A stretch of 64,000 nucleotides of DNA, from the NCBI RefSeq assembly GCF_963528755.1, contig NZ_CAURXA010000003.1, positions 113,030 through 177,029 of the forward strand, written 5' to 3'. The DNA comes from an uncultured Selenomonas sp. (GTDB taxonomy: Bacteria > Bacillota > Negativicutes > Selenomonadales > Selenomonadaceae). The notes below the pieces were generated by a model. That model saw nothing but the letters and a program-made list of their open reading frames with translations, did not search any database and was not told the DNA's origin. Made by a program: the position numbers and the translations under genes. Of this stretch, positions 62,276 through 64,000 are shown piece by piece (position 1 is the first letter of the stretch; every line of letters begins with the position of its first letter).

Positions 62276-62854
62276 TTATACGTTGACGCCGTAAGCCTTG
62301 CCGAGTGCGCCGAGGCCGCCGCTGTAGCCCGAGCCGATGGCGTTGAATTTCCACTCCGCACCCTGGCGGTAGAGCCTGCCGACGACGACCGCCGTCTCGA
62401 TGGAGAAGTCCTCGCCGAGGTCGAAGCGGATGAGTTCCTCTCCCGTCGCCTCGTTGACGACGCGGATGAAGGCGTTCGACACCTGGCCGAAGTTCTGCTT
62501 GCGCTCATCGGCCTCGTAGATCGTGACCGTGAAATCGATCTTGTCGATGGAAGCCGGCACCTTCGAAAGATCGACCTTGATCTGCTCGTCGTCACCCTCG
62601 CCCTCGCCCGTGAGGTTGTCGCCCGTATGCTCGACGGCGCCCGATGCGTGCTTGAGATTGCCGTAGAAAACGAAGTCCGCATCGCTCGTGACCTTCTCGT
62701 TCGGTCCGAGAAGGAACGCCGAGGCGTCGAGGTCGAAGTCGGAGCCGCCGTCGTACTTGTTCGTGTCCCAGCCGAGGCCGATCAGGAGCTTCGAGAGACC
62801 CGGATTGCCCTTCGTCAGATCAACTTTCTGTCCCTTTTTCAAACTGATTGCCAT
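62276..62854 (-). CDS. terD: TerD family stress protein
   Basis: 192 aa, [40 protein letters not shown]...[34 protein letters not shown]. Confidence 0.92.
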   Translation of the reverse strand: MAISLKKGQKVDLTKGNPGLSKLLIGLGWDTNKYDGGSDFDLDASAFLLGPNEKVTSDADFVFYGNLKHASGAVEHTGDNLTGEGEGDDEQIKVDLSKVPASIDKIDFTVTIYEADERKQNFGQVSNAFIRVVNEATGEELIRFDLGEDFSIETAVVVGRLYRQGAEWKFNAIGSGYSGGLGALGKAYGVNV

Positions 62855-63010
62855 GAAGATTCCTCCTTATGCGTACATGCGGAAGCCGCCTGCAGCCGCA
62901 CGGCCGAAACGCGCGGCAGAGCGGGCGATTTTCCTGCCCGGGCACATATCGTGCCGCTTCATGGGAACAAACGAACCGTTCCCTATATCAAGCCGCAAGG
63001 GCATGATGTC

Positions 63011-63616
63011 TTACTGATAGCGCCGCGCCAGCTCGTTCAGTCCCTTGTCCTTCGTGCCCTGCCCGATGGCATTGAACTTCCACTCGCCGTTATAGCGGTA
63101 GATCTCGCCGAAGATCATCGCCGTCATGCCCGCGTAGCTCTCCGAGAGATTGTAGCGGCAAAACTCCTCGCCTGTCCGCTCGTCGCATATACGGATGAAG
63201 GCGTTCGCGATCATGCCGAAGTCCTGCTTTCTCGACTCGCAGTCGTAGATGTTGACGACGAAGACAAGTTTGTCATAATCTGCGGGCACAGCCGTAAGAT
63301 CGACGAGAATCTGCTCATCGTCGCCCTCGCCCTCTCCCGTGAGGTTGTCGCCCGTATGGACGATCGCACCAGACGGATGCTTGAGGTTGCCGAAGTAGAC
63401 GACGTCCTTCTTCCCCGAGAGGCGGCCGCCCTTGCAGACGATCACGCTCGCATCGCAGTCGATGTCGGGTGCAGAGCCGCCGAAGATCGAGCCGAAAAGC
63501 CCGCCTTTCTTCTGCTCGACGGGATCCCAGCCGAGTCCGATGCGGATGCGCGAGAGCGCCTGACCGTCCGACTTCTTCAAGTTTACCTTCTGTCCTTTTT
63601 GCAGATTCACGCCCAT
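63011..63616 (-). CDS. TerD family stress protein (TerZ/TerX-like divergent paralogue)
   Basis: ORF trimmed to ATG 63616 (AAGGAGG RBS). MGVNLQKGQKVNLKK..IGLGWDPV......DIDCDASVIV.......[31 protein letters not shown]. Confidence 0.9.
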   Translation of the reverse strand: MGVNLQKGQKVNLKKSDGQALSRIRIGLGWDPVEQKKGGLFGSIFGGSAPDIDCDASVIVCKGGRLSGKKDVVYFGNLKHPSGAIVHTGDNLTGEGEGDDEQILVDLTAVPADYDKLVFVVNIYDCESRKQDFGMIANAFIRICDERTGEEFCRYNLSESYAGMTAMIFGEIYRYNGEWKFNAIGQGTKDKGLNELARRYQ

Positions 63617-63827
63617 ATGCCTGCCTCCTTGATTTCTCCTTGCGATAAGAATATCTCCTGTGGAGCAGCCACTCTGCAAGCGCCGCTCCATGAAAACAAT
63701 TTCCCTTATTTAGAAGAATTCGCCCCGCCGCCGCCTTTTCCCTTCATGGCTTTGATGAAAATTTCTTTCATACACCCATCGCCTTCCGTCGAAGCAAAGC
63801 GGCTGCCCGCGGCGAAATGCCGCATGC

Positions 63828-64000
63828 TCAGTCCTTGCTGCCCGGCTCCCAGCGCAGACCCCAGTGATACGCCTTGTCCATGCTCTTGTGTCCGCTGAAG
63901 AAATGCACGAGCTTCTCGACGCTGAAGGTGTCGTTGATGTTTTCGAGCATGGCGATCGCGCACATCGCCTTCGATGAGCCGTACTCGTCCATGCGCACGA
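63828..64000 (-). CDS. C-terminal end of an unidentified protein (gene continues past the window end)
   Basis: My reverse-strand translation is open from the window edge to TGA at 63830-63828: ..VRMDEYGSSKAMCAIAMLENINDTFSVEKLVHFFSGHKSMDKAYHWGLRWEPGSKD*. The composition looks like a real protein, unlike the Arg-rich ORF-track entry 63706..63963 in another frame. Confidence 0.5.
   Translation of the reverse strand, partial: VRMDEYGSSKAMCAIAMLENINDTFSVEKLVHFFSGHKSMDKAYHWGLRWEPGSKD

Noticed and set aside
62874-62882. CCGCATGTA-type motif (also at 6576, 6759 and 52347) as a window-wide regulatory box or alternative-sigma -10 element.
   Set aside because: The 8-9-nt matches are too short and too variably placed (8 to about 110 nt from start codons) to support a common function. 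Only the 15-nt identity between the yvrJ and DUF1659 leaders was retained, with a stated statistical caveat.
63706-63963. ORF-track protein 63706..63963 (85 aa, minus strand).
   Set aside because: Its N-terminus is Arg/His/Gln-rich and does not look like a protein. A different frame is open to the window edge, shows protein-like composition, and stops at 63828. That frame was called instead as a partial CDS.

Overview
This is a 64-kb chromosomal window of high GC content (about 58-60% by eye). It most likely comes from a Selenomonadaceae-type Negativicute. That assignment is an inference from the SLH-domain outer-membrane porin, the gene content and the codon bias.

Most genes lie on the minus strand and are housekeeping:
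- a GH2 beta-galactosidase / GPH sugar symporter operon
- gltX followed by tRNA-Glu(CUC)
- thiE and rpsF-ssb-rpsR
- the glycolytic block gap-pgk-tpiA-gpmI
- a PepSY protein next to a sensor kinase / OmpR-type regulator pair
- metNIQ, a ClC channel and galM
- a receiver-GGDEF-EAL protein
- an FtsI/SpoVD-type penicillin-binding protein
- rlmH and an HtrA-type protease
- a MATE exporter and a YdcF-family protein
- sugar-nucleotide enzymes (a GalE-like epimerase and rfbD)
- a PLP-dependent decarboxylase
- an orphan DegS-like kinase
- an FAH-family hydrolase
- a TatD-associated radical-SAM protein
- NhaC
- a CheY/CheX pair
- the SLH porin and deoB

The last 9 kb holds a Ter-type stress cluster. It has four TerD paralogues and an AIM24 protein, plus a module of HpcH-like lyase, ATP-grasp, two PRTase-like proteins and a HAD phosphatase.

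Accessory and unusual content:
1. A promoter- and hairpin-bounded, ORF-free, visibly structured region of about 590 nt (43.8-44.4 kb). I could not assign it to any RNA class I know.
2. A convergent Fst/Ldr-like type I toxin-antitoxin candidate at 6.5-6.8 kb.
3. A 476-bp tandem array of eight hairpin-forming units of about 60 nt next to that candidate. A diverged inverted copy sits at 30.65 kb, beside a second small hydrophobic ORF flanked by convergent promoters and inverted repeats.
4. Two type II TA pairs (YoeB with a DinJ-like antitoxin, and YafQ with its antitoxin) and a DUF4160 pair in a low-GC islet.
5. An unlisted yvrJ gene that shares a leader motif with a DUF1659-DUF2922 operon.
6. 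A protein built of 42-aa tandem repeats.

Many long ORF-track entries are GC-driven shadow ORFs lying antisense to real genes. I did not call them.
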